64,000 bases of DNA. Origin: Deltaproteobacteria bacterium. GTDB taxonomy: Bacteria > UBA10199 > DSSB01. Location: NCBI GenBank assembly GCA_024233625.1, contig JACKPJ010000004.1, positions 91,905-155,904 on the forward strand, given 5' to 3'. Under the pieces are notes generated by a model that made no database searches, was not told the DNA's origin, and was given only the letters and a program-made list of their open reading frames with translations. The first letter of the stretch is position 1. Each line of letters opens with the position of its first letter. The position numbers and the translations under genes are program-made. Below, piece after piece: positions 49,641 to 60,053 of the stretch.

Positions 49641-50966
49641 ATGGAAAAACTCGTTTCGTTAGCAAAAAGACGTGGCTTCATCTTTCAATCCAGTGAGATT
49701 TATGGGGGAATCAATGGTTTCTGGGACTATGGTCCTCTGGGTGTCGAGTTGAAGAATAATATTAAAAATTTTTGGTGGCAAAAGATGGTCCGAGATCGGT
49801 CTAATGTTGTTGGAGTCGATACTTCGATTATTTGCCACCCTCAAACCTGGGTGTCGAGTGGGCATGTGAAAAGCTTTTCGGACCCTCTGGTCGATTGTCG
49901 GGTTTGTAAAGGGCGTTTTCGAGCCGACCATATTTCGACGCTTCCTTGTCCAAATAAACCCTCCTTAAGTGTTGAAGCTTGTGCAGTTGAAAAAAAGGGA
50001 GAAGGGGAGCTGACTGAAATTCGCCAGTTTAATTTGATGTTTGAAACATTCGTGGGTGCAGTTAAAGATGACTCTGCTCGGGCTTATTTAAGGCCGGAAA
50101 CTTGTCAGTCCATCTTTACCCAGTTTAAAAATATTCAAACGGTTTCCCGGCAAAAAATTCCTTTTGGTATTGCCCAAATTGGTAAAAGTTTTCGTAATGA
50201 AGTTACACCACGAAATTTTATTTTTCGCTCTCGAGAGTTCGAGCAAATGGAAATGGAATTTTTTATCAAGCCTGAAGGTGATGAAGGCCAAAAGTGGTAT
50301 GAGTATTGGGTAGATCAGAGATTTCAGTGGTTTATTGATCTTGGGATCCGCGCTTCTCATTTAAGAAAAAGACCACATGATCCGGATGAGCTTGCACATT
50401 ATGCTCAGGGCTGTACCGATGTTGAGTATGAATTCCCATTTGGATTTTCTGAGCTCGAGGGAATCGCCAATCGAAGCAATTATGATTTAACTCAGCACAT
50501 CAAAGGAAGCGGTAAGGATCTCAGCTATTTTGATGATCAAACTAAAGAAAAGTTTGTTCCTGCGGTGATCGAAACTTCACTCGGTGTCGATAGAACATTG
50601 TTGACAGTGTTGGCGGATGCTTTTACGGAAGACGAGATCGGAGGAGAAGCCCGTACTTTACTTAAATTATCTCCTCACATTGCTCCAATTAAGATTGCAT
50701 TTTTACCCTTATCGAAAAAGCTTGCTGAACCTGTAGAGCGTATTGAAGAAAAGTTTAGAAAAAAATACGCGACTGATTTTGATGCAGTCGGCAGTATTGG
50801 CAAGCGCTATCGCCGCTATGATGAAATTGGAACACCAATTTGTGTGACCTATGATTTTCAGTCAGAAGAAGATCATCAAGTGACGGTGCGGCATCGTGAT
50901 ACGACTCATCAAGAACGTGTTGCGATTGATCAGCTCGAAAGCTATTTAGAAAAAATTTTTTGTTAA
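49641..50966 (+). CDS. glyQS: Glycine--tRNA ligase (homodimeric class II type)
   Basis: 'RRGFIFQSSEIYGG..GFWDYGPLG' N-terminal signature, motif 2 'FRNEVTPRNFIFRSREFEQMEMEFF' and a C-terminal anticodon-binding domain. Confidence 0.93.
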   Translation: MEKLVSLAKRRGFIFQSSEIYGGINGFWDYGPLGVELKNNIKNFWWQKMVRDRSNVVGVDTSIICHPQTWVSSGHVKSFSDPLVDCRVCKGRFRADHISTLPCPNKPSLSVEACAVEKKGEGELTEIRQFNLMFETFVGAVKDDSARAYLRPETCQSIFTQFKNIQTVSRQKIPFGIAQIGKSFRNEVTPRNFIFRSREFEQMEMEFFIKPEGDEGQKWYEYWVDQRFQWFIDLGIRASHLRKRPHDPDELAHYAQGCTDVEYEFPFGFSELEGIANRSNYDLTQHIKGSGKDLSYFDDQTKEKFVPAVIETSLGVDRTLLTVLADAFTEDEIGGEARTLLKLSPHIAPIKIAFLPLSKKLAEPVERIEEKFRKKYATDFDAVGSIGKRYRRYDEIGTPICVTYDFQSEEDHQVTVRHRDTTHQERVAIDQLESYLEKIFC

Positions 50967-50980
50967 AGGATATGTGAGAC

Positions 50981-53650
50981 ATGGTACAACAATGGGTTTA
51001 CTTTTTTGGAAACGGCCAAGCCGACGGTAATTCGCAACTTAAAAATTTGTTGGGTGGCAAAGGAGCCAATCTAGCAGAAATGAATCGTCTAGGAATTCCC
51101 GTTCCTCCTGGTTTTACAATTACGACTGAAGTTTGTACTGCCTATTATCAAAATCAAAATCAATATCCCCAAGGCTTAGAGGAACAGGTCGAAGCCAAAC
51201 TTCAGCAAACCGCGGATATTATGTCACGTCGATTTGGTGATTCCGAAAATCCTCTTTTACTTTCAGTGCGTTCCGGTGCTCGTATCAGTATGCCAGGAAT
51301 GATGGACACCGTACTTAATTTGGGGCTTAATGATCAAACAGTCAAAGGATTGGCGAATTCTGCAGGAGATGAGCGATTTGCTTATGATTCTTATCGTCGC
51401 TTTATTCAAATGTATTCGGATGTTGTTTTAGATCTCGACCGTTCACACTTCGAGCATCTCATCGAAGAAAAGAAAGCCGCTCGTGAGGTTCGCTTAGACA
51501 CGGAACTTCAAGCTTCAGACTGGAATGAGCTTGTTGATAGCTTTAAAGCCTACGTCAAAAAAATTACCGGAAAGGACTTTCCCCAAGATCCCAAAGAACA
51601 GCTCTGGGGAGCAATTGGTGCCGTTTTTAAATCCTGGATGAATAAGCGTGCCATTGAGTATCGCCGCATTAATGAGATTCCGCAAGAATGGGGGACTGCA
51701 GTCAATGTTCAAGCCATGGTTTTTGGAAATATGGGAGAAGACTGTGCAACCGGTGTTGCTTTTACTCGTGATCCCTCGACTGGAGAAAAACTCTTCTACG
51801 GTGAGTTTTTAGTTAATGCTCAAGGAGAGGATGTCGTCGCTGGGATTCGCACTCCTCAGCCCATTAATTTACAGGCCAAAGAAAGAGACCAATCCAGTCT
51901 TCCTGCGATGGAAGAAATCATGCCACGTTGTTATGAGGAGCTTGTCGATATTTATCAAAAACTCGAAGCACATTATCAAGACATGCAAGATATCGAGTTT
52001 ACCATCGAAAGGAGCAAAGTTTGGTTATTACAAACACGTAATGGTAAGCGTACGGCACAAGCGGCGGTGAAGATTGCAGTCGATATGGCAAATGAAGGAC
52101 TTATCGATAAAAAAACAGCAATTCTACGGGTCGACCCTGCGCAGATTGATCAGTTATTGCATCCTTCACTCGATCCTAAGGCCGAAAAAAATATCATGGG
52201 TAAAGGTTTACCGGCTTCTCCAGGTGCAGCGAGTGGAAGAGTCGTTTTTACAGCAGAAGAAGCCATTGAATGGAGTGATCAAGGTAAGGACGTGATCTTG
52301 GTTCGACTGGAAACTTCACCTGAAGACATCCATGGAATGCACGTTTCAAAGGGAATACTGACAGCCCGAGGTGGTATGACGAGTCATGCGGCTGTCGTTG
52401 CTAGAGGAATGGGTAAATGTTGTATCACTGGTTGTGAAGCACTGCAAATCGACTCAAAAAATAAAAAATTTGTTCTCAATCAGCATCAGATTACACAAGG
52501 CGATGAAATTACTCTCGACGGAACGAGCGGAGAGGTAATTTTGGGAAAAGTACCTACGACCGCAGCCAAGCTTTCGGGTGATTTTGTTGAATTAATGACC
52601 TGGGTCGATGAATATCGTCATCTAAAAGTAAGAACCAATGCGGATACTCCAGAGGATACTGCGGTTGCCAGGCGTTTTGGGGCGGAAGGAATCGGTTTAT
52701 GTCGAACCGAACATATGTTTTTTGAAGAAGACCGCATTGATGCCGTTCGCGAAATGATTTTAGCAGAGAATCAAGCGGGAAGAGAAAAGGCGCTTGCAAA
52801 AATTCTACCGATGCAACGCAGTGATTTTCTCGAAATTTTTCGGGAAATGAAAGGTTATCCTGTGACAATTCGTTTATTGGATCCGCCTCTGCATGAGTTT
52901 TTGCCTCATAGCGAAGAAGAGATTCAGCAGGTTTCTAAAAAATTAGGACGAAGTGCTGAGGAAATCCGCAAAAAGCTGACTACGCTCAATGAGTTTAATC
53001 CTATGTTGGGACATCGTGGTTGCCGTTTGGGAATTACTTATCCCGAGATTTACGAGATGCAGACCCGAGCGATTATGGAAGCCGCTTGTGAACTCGTCAA
53101 AAATGAAGGCTTTGAGATTATTCCAGAAATCATGATTCCTCTCGTGGGTCATGTGAATGAATTAAAACTCATGCGTGAAGTTGTCGAGAAAATATGTTTA
53201 AAGATTTGTGATGAGTTTCAGGTAAAGCTTAAATATTTAATTGGAACCATGATTGAGTTGCCTCGTGCTGCATTAACTGCAGACCAGGTTGCCAAATACG
53301 CTGATTTCTTCTCTTTTGGAACCAATGACTTGACTCAAACGACTTTTGGTTTTTCACGCGATGACGTTGGAAAGTTTTTGCCTGTTTATCTGGAAAAAAA
53401 CATACTTCCTCAAGACCCTTTTGTGACTCTTGACGTTGATGGAGTAGGACGTTTGGTTCGCCAGGGAACTGAATTAGGTCGCCGGAGTACTCCGGATCTC
53501 AAGGTCGGTATTTGTGGTGAGCACGGTGGAGATCCTAAGTCTGTCATGTTTTGTGACAAAATTGGTCTTGATTATGTGAGTTGTTCGCCTTATCGAGTTC
53601 CTGTGGCTCGCCTAGCAGCAGCACACGCAGCCTTGAAAACGAATTCTTAA
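50981..53650 (+). CDS. ppdK: Pyruvate, phosphate dikinase
   Basis: 'GGKGANLAEM', phospho-His loop 'GGMTSHAAVVARGMG' and PEP-utilising C-terminal 'FFSFGTNDLTQ'. 889 aa. Confidence 0.95.
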   Translation: MVQQWVYFFGNGQADGNSQLKNLLGGKGANLAEMNRLGIPVPPGFTITTEVCTAYYQNQNQYPQGLEEQVEAKLQQTADIMSRRFGDSENPLLLSVRSGARISMPGMMDTVLNLGLNDQTVKGLANSAGDERFAYDSYRRFIQMYSDVVLDLDRSHFEHLIEEKKAAREVRLDTELQASDWNELVDSFKAYVKKITGKDFPQDPKEQLWGAIGAVFKSWMNKRAIEYRRINEIPQEWGTAVNVQAMVFGNMGEDCATGVAFTRDPSTGEKLFYGEFLVNAQGEDVVAGIRTPQPINLQAKERDQSSLPAMEEIMPRCYEELVDIYQKLEAHYQDMQDIEFTIERSKVWLLQTRNGKRTAQAAVKIAVDMANEGLIDKKTAILRVDPAQIDQLLHPSLDPKAEKNIMGKGLPASPGAASGRVVFTAEEAIEWSDQGKDVILVRLETSPEDIHGMHVSKGILTARGGMTSHAAVVARGMGKCCITGCEALQIDSKNKKFVLNQHQITQGDEITLDGTSGEVILGKVPTTAAKLSGDFVELMTWVDEYRHLKVRTNADTPEDTAVARRFGAEGIGLCRTEHMFFEEDRIDAVREMILAENQAGREKALAKILPMQRSDFLEIFREMKGYPVTIRLLDPPLHEFLPHSEEEIQQVSKKLGRSAEEIRKKLTTLNEFNPMLGHRGCRLGITYPEIYEMQTRAIMEAACELVKNEGFEIIPEIMIPLVGHVNELKLMREVVEKICLKICDEFQVKLKYLIGTMIELPRAALTADQVAKYADFFSFGTNDLTQTTFGFSRDDVGKFLPVYLEKNILPQDPFVTLDVDGVGRLVRQGTELGRRSTPDLKVGICGEHGGDPKSVMFCDKIGLDYVSCSPYRVPVARLAAAHAALKTNS

Positions 53651-53665
53651 AAAAAGGATATTTCT

Positions 53666-54904
53666 TTGAAAATTTTTAATCAAAGCAGAAAAAAAAATAA
53701 GTGGCTTCTTTTATTATTATTTTTTCTACCCTCATGTACAGAAGACTTTATTATTCCGAGCATTCCTTTAGATTTAGATCCAGTGACTTTAGCTAATCCG
53801 ATTTCTTTAGCAGTGAGTCCTCAAAATCAGCGCTTGTATGTAGTTAATTCGAATGGCCGAGTTCAGTGGTATGATTCTTCATTCATAGTCTTTGACATTA
53901 GTGATCCGACCAACCCCCAGCCAATGGATGTGATTCGTATTAAGAATTTTTCAGGCCAAATCATCTTAGATGAAGCCCGGCAATATGTTTATATTCCTAA
54001 CCGTAAAGGTGATGAAGATAATGATGCGGACACCTCTGAGCAAGTTTTGCGAATTAATATTAATGAGGCTTCTTCGGATTTTTTGAAGGTAGAAGAAGTG
54101 GTCTCAGCTGAAAATCCCTTTGGTGCTTTCTTCGATGGTCAAAATTTATACGTCGCGGCAACAGGTGAAGCCTTGCGTTATGATGTGGATAATATGACAG
54201 GTTACAGTAGCGTTGATCTCGAAGTCAAAACGAATGAAGACCGTGATCTTGATGCTGATGAAACGCGAGAGATTGCAGTTTCTCCTTCGGGTTCACATAT
54301 TTTTGTCACCAATCGAGTCGATAATATGTTAGTTTTGGATGCTCAGGAGTTTTTGGAGCCGACTCCTCCAGGAGTTCGTGCTTTAGGCAGCGAAGCTGTT
54401 GATTATATTGTTGTAGGGACCGTTTCTACGCGTGGAATTACTCGTGACTCAAAATATATTTATATGATCGATGGTACGCCAGCAGTGTTAAAAGTGATGA
54501 CAGATGAAGGCTTAGATCCGGTTGTGGGGGCACCTAAAGAAATTTCTGCCGCCAGTTTGCAAGTAGCTTCGATTCCGGTTGGAGTTGAGCCAGGCCAAAT
54601 TATTGTTGATGAAGCTAAACAACGCGCTTATGTGACTAATGTTGAGAGTAATGATTTGTCTATTGTGGATCTTGTCTTGCAACAGGAGGTTGGGCGAATC
54701 GATCTTTCTACGCGGCCTGCAGGAGTCAAGGATGAAGACTGGGATGGGGACCAACCTTTTGGTCTGGCAATGTTAGAAGAAAATGGGAAGCAGTATTTAT
54801 ACGTTGCTCATTACGACACAAATCTTATTTCTGTTATCGATTTAGAACAACAAAGTGTTGTGAAAATTATCGGAGAGCTGCCTAAGGCAGAGGATTATCA
54901 ATAA
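53666..54904 (+). CDS. Beta-propeller (YVTN-like repeat) lipoprotein
   Basis: TTG start and lipobox 'LPSC'. Repeated 'h-Y-V-x-N...-h-x-V-h-D' blades ('RLYVVNSNG', 'IFVTNRVDNMLVLD', 'AYVTNVESNDLSIVDL', 'LYVAHYDTNLISVIDL'). Confidence 0.6.
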   Translation: MKIFNQSRKKNKWLLLLLFFLPSCTEDFIIPSIPLDLDPVTLANPISLAVSPQNQRLYVVNSNGRVQWYDSSFIVFDISDPTNPQPMDVIRIKNFSGQIILDEARQYVYIPNRKGDEDNDADTSEQVLRININEASSDFLKVEEVVSAENPFGAFFDGQNLYVAATGEALRYDVDNMTGYSSVDLEVKTNEDRDLDADETREIAVSPSGSHIFVTNRVDNMLVLDAQEFLEPTPPGVRALGSEAVDYIVVGTVSTRGITRDSKYIYMIDGTPAVLKVMTDEGLDPVVGAPKEISAASLQVASIPVGVEPGQIIVDEAKQRAYVTNVESNDLSIVDLVLQQEVGRIDLSTRPAGVKDEDWDGDQPFGLAMLEENGKQYLYVAHYDTNLISVIDLEQQSVVKIIGELPKAEDYQ

Positions 54905-54936
54905 GGGAATTAAGATTAATTTTCAAAGGAAGACTT

Positions 54937-56118
54937 ATGCGTTTTTTTGGGCAATATAAAAAAATTACTTTTCTTTTTTTAGCGTTTTTTTCAATTTCAG
55001 TTTTTAATTCTTGTATTGGAAATGAACGTAAGGACCGTCTTAAATTTCCCGCAATTGTCGCGATTGATCAGGCTAAACAGCGTGTTTTTGTTATTGATAA
55101 TCAAAAAAATGGCCTTAATGTCATCGATGTGGCAAAAAATAATGAGGTTCTTACTAAAAAAAACAAAGATGGTGATAAAGAGGGTTTGTTGACCGAAGAA
55201 GATGCGTTGATTTTACCCGAGTTTCCTTCTAATGCAGCACTAGCCTCTTTAGAAAATGATCTTTCCAGACTTTTTGTTTTGGGGGCTAATGAAGGGCCTT
55301 TGCAAAAGATTATTGTGATTGATTTTGATATTGCAGGAGGGTTGAGGCGTTCTGAAATTTCCCCAATCTCTGTAGCGGGAGAAAGTTCTGATGTCTTAGT
55401 GGGAATTCAGGTTGATGAAAAACGTGGTCATGTTTGGGTCACTAATTCGGGTTCAGCAAGCTTATATGCCTATGATATCAAAACGGGAGAGCAAATTGAA
55501 AATTCCCACATCCAACTCAGTGGGATTCCTACACGTTTAAGTATTGATCCTGGGTTGGACCTGATGGCAGTGGCAAATTCTAGCTCGACAGAAATCTCAA
55601 TTATTGATCTCAATAATCTCAACCAAGCTCCTCAAACTTTGGATATTGGAAGAAAAACGCGTGATCTTGCATTGGTGTCCAATAATCAAGGAAGCTTATT
55701 GTTTTGTTCGATTCTTGATGAAAATCGTGCAGAAGCTTATCGGCTTAATTTAAACGATTTGTCTCAGTCATTTTTAATCGGCGAAGTGAATCCAAGTACA
55801 CCTGCGGATGCTTTTGATGAAGATACTGTTATTTTAAATGGTAATATCAATTTAGTGACGGCTGGCAATCTGACAGATGGTCGGGTGGGGGCTTATTATA
55901 CTCAGTCTTCAGGGGACTTATTGGCTCTAAGGGTTGCTCAAGATTTGACTAGTATCGAAGTGCAAAGAGTTGAAGTTGGTGCCGTCAGTGGAGAAGGAAT
56001 AGAGCCTCTATTAGATAATAGTGGTAATATTAGTGATATTTACTTTGCGTCTCCAGGAGTTGGAACCTTAACTGTTGTTGATCCATTTGAAGCAGAGTTT
56101 TCTGATCAAATTCCTTAA
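54937..56118 (+). CDS. Second beta-propeller-like lipoprotein
   Basis: Lipobox 'FNSC' and blades such as 'RVFVIDNQKNGLNVIDV', 'VWVTNSGSASLYAYD' and 'MAVANSSSTEISIIDL'. Confidence 0.55.
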   Translation: MRFFGQYKKITFLFLAFFSISVFNSCIGNERKDRLKFPAIVAIDQAKQRVFVIDNQKNGLNVIDVAKNNEVLTKKNKDGDKEGLLTEEDALILPEFPSNAALASLENDLSRLFVLGANEGPLQKIIVIDFDIAGGLRRSEISPISVAGESSDVLVGIQVDEKRGHVWVTNSGSASLYAYDIKTGEQIENSHIQLSGIPTRLSIDPGLDLMAVANSSSTEISIIDLNNLNQAPQTLDIGRKTRDLALVSNNQGSLLFCSILDENRAEAYRLNLNDLSQSFLIGEVNPSTPADAFDEDTVILNGNINLVTAGNLTDGRVGAYYTQSSGDLLALRVAQDLTSIEVQRVEVGAVSGEGIEPLLDNSGNISDIYFASPGVGTLTVVDPFEAEFSDQIP

Positions 56119-56163
56119 AAATAGAGCGAGAGCAAGCGACGAGTTGATTGCTTGGGTCTAGTC

Positions 56164-56619
56164 ATGAAAATAATAAAAAAATCACACATTCACAAACCAT
56201 GTGTTGGCTGGAGAGAATGGTTGGAATTGCCTGAACTGGGCATTCCAGCAGTTAAGGCCAAGGTCGATACGGGTGCAAGGACCTCTGCCATTCATGCCTT
56301 TAAAGTGGAACCCTTTCAAAAATCAAAAAAGCACTATGTGCGTTTTTGGGTACATCCGTTGCAAAAAGATAAAAAGTATAAAATTTGTTGTGAGGCCCCT
56401 TTAGTTGATTATCGTTCTGTAGTGGATTCGGGAGGACATCGTGAAAAAAGATATGTGATTGAAACCCCTGTGAAGTTGGGTGATTACATTTGGCCGATCG
56501 AAATAACTTTGACTAATCGAGATACCATGCTTTTTCGCATGCTTTTGGGCCGTACAGCGCTAAAAGGTCGTTTTGTAGTCGATCCAGGTTTATCATTTTG
56601 TATAGGTAAGCTTAAATAA
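56164..56619 (+). CDS. Retropepsin-like / 'ATP-dependent zinc protease' family protein (RimK-associated)
   Basis: ATG at 56164. 'VGWREWLELPELG...KAKVDTGARTSAIHA' signature. Located upstream of rimK. Confidence 0.75.
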   Translation: MKIIKKSHIHKPCVGWREWLELPELGIPAVKAKVDTGARTSAIHAFKVEPFQKSKKHYVRFWVHPLQKDKKYKICCEAPLVDYRSVVDSGGHREKRYVIETPVKLGDYIWPIEITLTNRDTMLFRMLLGRTALKGRFVVDPGLSFCIGKLK

Positions 56620-56730
56620 AATAAACTTAAAATTGGATTTAAGCGAGTTAAAGAGTGTGCTAAAGTTTTTTAGTAGAGACGCAAGTAAAAAACTCGTTTG
56701 CTGTTGGATAAAAAAACTCAAGGAGGGGAA

Positions 56731-57633
56731 ATGAAAATCGGGATTCTGTCTCGTAATTCAAGCTTATATTCCACTAAAAGACTTAAAGAAGCTGCACAAG
56801 AGCGTGGACATCTTGTTCGTATTGTCGATTATTTGCGTTGTTATATGAATATCACTTCGCGTCGTCCTTCTGTTCTTTATGCAGGAGAGTCTCTCAAGTT
56901 TGATGCCGTGATTCCCCGTATTGGTGCTTCGCACACATTTTATGGAACTGCTGTCGTTAGACAGTTTGAGATGATGGGAGTTTTTCCGGCAAATGAATCT
57001 CAAGCGATTACGCGTTCTCGTGATAAATTGCGTTCATTGCAATTATTGTCTCGAGATGGTGTTGGTTTGCCGATTACTTCTTTTGCTCACTCTACAAAAG
57101 ATATTGAGGGTCTGATTAATATCGTTGGGGGGGCTCCTCTCATTGTGAAACTCTTGGAAGGAACCCAAGGTATTGGAGTTGTTCTCGCTGAAACCAAAAA
57201 AGCTGCCGAGTCTGTTATTGCTGCCTTTCGCGGTTTGAATGCGAATATCTTGGTTCAAGAATTTATTAAAGAGGCGGAGGGGGCAGATATTCGTTGTTTT
57301 GTTGTGGGTAGTCGTGTGGTTGCTTCTATGAAACGCCAGGCAGCACCAGGAGAGTTTCGATCCAATCTTCATCGGGGAGGAAGTGCTGAAAGTGTAAGAT
57401 TAAGTCCAGAAGAACGCGCAACGGCTGTGCGAGCGGCAAAAACGATGGGACTTAATGTAGCAGGTGTGGATATTATTCGTTCTGCACACGGTCCTTTAGT
57501 TCTAGAAGTTAATTCCTCTCCGGGTCTAGAAGGAATTGAAAAATTTACAGAAAGAGATGTTGCAGGATCTATTATTGAGTTTTTGGAAAAGAAAGTTCAA
57601 ATTGGGAAAACAAAAACTAAAGGATCTGGTTGA
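56731..57633 (+). CDS. rimK: RimK-family ATP-grasp alpha-L-glutamate ligase
   Basis: ATG at 56731 after an AGGAGG RBS. 'MKIGILS', '[15 protein letters not shown]' and '[26 protein letters not shown]'. Confidence 0.9.
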   Translation: MKIGILSRNSSLYSTKRLKEAAQERGHLVRIVDYLRCYMNITSRRPSVLYAGESLKFDAVIPRIGASHTFYGTAVVRQFEMMGVFPANESQAITRSRDKLRSLQLLSRDGVGLPITSFAHSTKDIEGLINIVGGAPLIVKLLEGTQGIGVVLAETKKAAESVIAAFRGLNANILVQEFIKEAEGADIRCFVVGSRVVASMKRQAAPGEFRSNLHRGGSAESVRLSPEERATAVRAAKTMGLNVAGVDIIRSAHGPLVLEVNSSPGLEGIEKFTERDVAGSIIEFLEKKVQIGKTKTKGSG

Positions 57634-57635
57634 AT

Positions 57636-58679
57636 ATGGCCAAAAAAATAAAAATAGGTAGCTCAATTATCGAACCAGGTTCAATTGTTAGTGTTCAATT
57701 ACCACTTCCGGGTCTCTACACTCAGTCAAAGGTTTTTATGCCTGTACAAGTGCTCCATGGAGAAAAATCAGGACCAACTCTTTTCGTGAGTGCGGCAATT
57801 CATGGAGACGAAATTAATGGAATTGAGATCATTCGGCGTGTTCTAAAATTTAAGGCACTCAAAAAAATCGTAGGGACTTTAATAGCAATACCCGTCGTAA
57901 ATATTTACGGTTTGATAAACCATTCTCGATATCTTCCAGACCGACGCGATCTCAACCGCTCTTTTCCAGGATCTCCAAAAGGCTCACTTGCAGCGCGTCT
58001 TGCAGACCTTTTTTTAAATGAAATTGTCAAAAAATGTGATTATGGAATCGACATTCATACCGGTTCATGGCATCGAATCAATCTGCCTCAAATACGCGCT
58101 TGTATGGATGATAAAAAAACTCGACGTATTGCAAAAGCTTTCGGTGCGCCAGTCATTTTAAATTCTAATATTCGAGATGGTTCCTTAAGACAATCTGTGA
58201 ATGATTTAGGAATACCTATGTTGCTGTATGAAGGTGGGGAAGCCCTCCGCTTTGATGAGTTAGCAATACGTGCAGGAGTTCGGGGAGTATTAAATATTAT
58301 GCGTGAACTTAAAATGATTCCAGGTATGTCTTTTAAGCCTAAGAAAAACTCTTTGATCTCAAAAAAAACATATTGGGTGCGTGCGAATGTCAGTGGAATA
58401 CTTCGCACGATTAGGCGCCTTGGAAGTCATGTCAAAAAAGGTGAAACCTTGGGTGTGATCAGCGATCCTTTTGGTATGGCTGAAGAGAAGGTTACTGCAA
58501 TCGTTTCAGGTGTGATTATTGGAAAATCTAATCTTCCTGTTGTTAATGCAGGTGAAGCTCTTTATCACATTGCAAAGTTTAGGGAAGATCAGGAAATTCA
58601 AGATGCTATGAATACTTTTCATGAAGAGTTGAATCCTGAGGAACAGCAAGGAATACTTGGTGAGCCTCCGATAGTGTAA
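57636..58679 (+). CDS. Succinylglutamate desuccinylase/aspartoacylase-family (M14-like) deacylase
   Basis: ATG at 57636, 2 nt after the rimK stop. 'AAIHGDEINGIE' Zn-site motif, 'DLNRSFPG' and 'DIHTG'. Confidence 0.8.
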   Translation: MAKKIKIGSSIIEPGSIVSVQLPLPGLYTQSKVFMPVQVLHGEKSGPTLFVSAAIHGDEINGIEIIRRVLKFKALKKIVGTLIAIPVVNIYGLINHSRYLPDRRDLNRSFPGSPKGSLAARLADLFLNEIVKKCDYGIDIHTGSWHRINLPQIRACMDDKKTRRIAKAFGAPVILNSNIRDGSLRQSVNDLGIPMLLYEGGEALRFDELAIRAGVRGVLNIMRELKMIPGMSFKPKKNSLISKKTYWVRANVSGILRTIRRLGSHVKKGETLGVISDPFGMAEEKVTAIVSGVIIGKSNLPVVNAGEALYHIAKFREDQEIQDAMNTFHEELNPEEQQGILGEPPIV

Positions 58680-58946
58680 CTTGTTATTATAGTTATCATG
58701 AGGTGTTTTTTAACTTACATAGATGCAAAACCATGTGTCTATCTAGATTGAGCAAAGAATAGCTATTAAGATATTATCGTTATTGGAGATAACAATGTTC
58801 TAACGATAATCCTATTTTTTTGGGTATTGATACTCCAATATGCGTGGTATCTATATGAAATAATTTATTTTTTTAGACCTTGTTAAAAATCAACTAGGCA
58901 ATACTGTTTAAGAGAGTAAAATTTTTCTATTTTTTAAAAAAACTAA

Positions 58947-58970
58947 TGAACTTTTTTGTTTTTCTCACGT
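58947..58970 (+). promoter_or_regulatory. ECF-type promoter GAAC-N16-CGTC upstream of the Spy-like/ECF sigma/anti-sigma operon
   Basis: 'TGAACTTTTTTGTTTTTCTCACGTCTTC', 65 nt upstream of the ATG at 59035. Fits the AAC...CGT architecture of autoregulated ECF promoters. Confidence 0.5.
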
Positions 58971-59034
58971 CTTCTATTAGTAGAACTAGTTAATATTTAA
59001 TAAGATTTAACCCTTACTTGAAGAGGAGTAAAAT

Positions 59035-59466
59035 ATGAAAAAGTCATGGATGTCTAAATTGCTCGTCGGGGCTTTTGCTATTGCTATATTGCCTTCCTAT
59101 GTTTCAGCTGAAGGAGGCCAAAGAGGAAAACAATTTTTAGAGTGTTTTGAAAGAGAATATCAACCAACAGCTGAACAGATGCAGCAAATAGAAGATCTCT
59201 ATGAAAAATCAGGTGACTGGAGAGAATCGAGAGAGAAAATGAGAGAAAGTCGCAAGAGTCTTCATGATGCAATGAGATCCGATGCTTCAGAAGCTGAGTT
59301 GCGTAAGAAGTTTAATGAGATGCAAAAAATGAAACAAGAAATGCATCAAAAACATTTTGAAAAGATGTTAAAATTGCGTTCCATTTTAACTCCAGAACAG
59401 CGTGAAAAGATTGGGGCATGTCGTGGTGGACGATGGGAACGTCATGGTAAAGGACCTCGAGAATAA
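59035..59466 (+). CDS. Periplasmic Spy/CpxP-like (LTXXQ) protein
   Basis: Signal peptide 'LLVGAFAIAILPSYVSA'. Helical, charged, with the LTXXQ-type motif 'ILTPEQREKI'. Confidence 0.6.
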   Translation: MKKSWMSKLLVGAFAIAILPSYVSAEGGQRGKQFLECFEREYQPTAEQMQQIEDLYEKSGDWRESREKMRESRKSLHDAMRSDASEAELRKKFNEMQKMKQEMHQKHFEKMLKLRSILTPEQREKIGACRGGRWERHGKGPRE

Positions 59467-59483
59467 TTCGTGGCTTTGTATCT

Positions 59484-60053
59484 ATGATTAGTCAAGCTAT
59501 CACACAAACACTTTTTAAGAAAAATCTTCAAAAGGGAGATAAGTTGAGATCCTTAGAAGACTTTAGTGACCTCTATGACCAGTATCACCGGCAAGTGCGT
59601 TCTGTTCTTTATAGAATGGGAGCAAAAGAAGAGCTAGATGACTTAGTGCAGGAGGTTTTTTTGAAAGTTTGGCAGGCTTTACCGACTTTTAAGGGAAAGA
59701 GTCGTTTTTCAACCTGGATTTATCGCATCGCTATGAATACAGCAATAGATCGATTTCGCAAACTTAAGACTCGAGGTGGGCCTGCCGAGCAGCTTGATGA
59801 AGAAAAAACCTCTGGAAATGAACACTATGACGCTCAAGTAGAAAATACTGAAAATCAGCAATTAATCTCAGATGCTTTGGGTGAACTTAATGAAGAACAA
59901 AGAAGCGTGTTGGTTTTACATCTGATGGAAGGTAAAAAGCTTAAGGAAGTTGCAAAAATTTTGGAACTTCCTTTAGGTACAGTGAAGTCAAGACTTCACT
60001 ATGCAAAACAAAGCATGCAAGGTTATTTATCTGATCGAGGAGTGTGTTTATGA
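59484..60053 (+). CDS. ECF (group 4) sigma-70 factor
   Basis: Region 2 'DDLVQEVFLKVWQAL..F......FSTWIYRIAMNTAIDRFRK'. Region 4 'LNEEQRSVLVLHLMEGKKLKEVAKILELPLGTVKSRLHYAK'. Confidence 0.9.
   Translation: MISQAITQTLFKKNLQKGDKLRSLEDFSDLYDQYHRQVRSVLYRMGAKEELDDLVQEVFLKVWQALPTFKGKSRFSTWIYRIAMNTAIDRFRKLKTRGGPAEQLDEEKTSGNEHYDAQVENTENQQLISDALGELNEEQRSVLVLHLMEGKKLKEVAKILELPLGTVKSRLHYAKQSMQGYLSDRGVCL

Noticed and set aside
58680-59034. 355-bp AT-rich non-coding gap, examined for a tRNA, sRNA or mobile-element remnant
   Set aside because: I saw no tRNA-like T-arm or cloverleaf. There is only a short 10-bp inverted repeat ('attatcgtta'/'taacgataat'). The region is adequately explained as the promoter and leader of the ECF operon.
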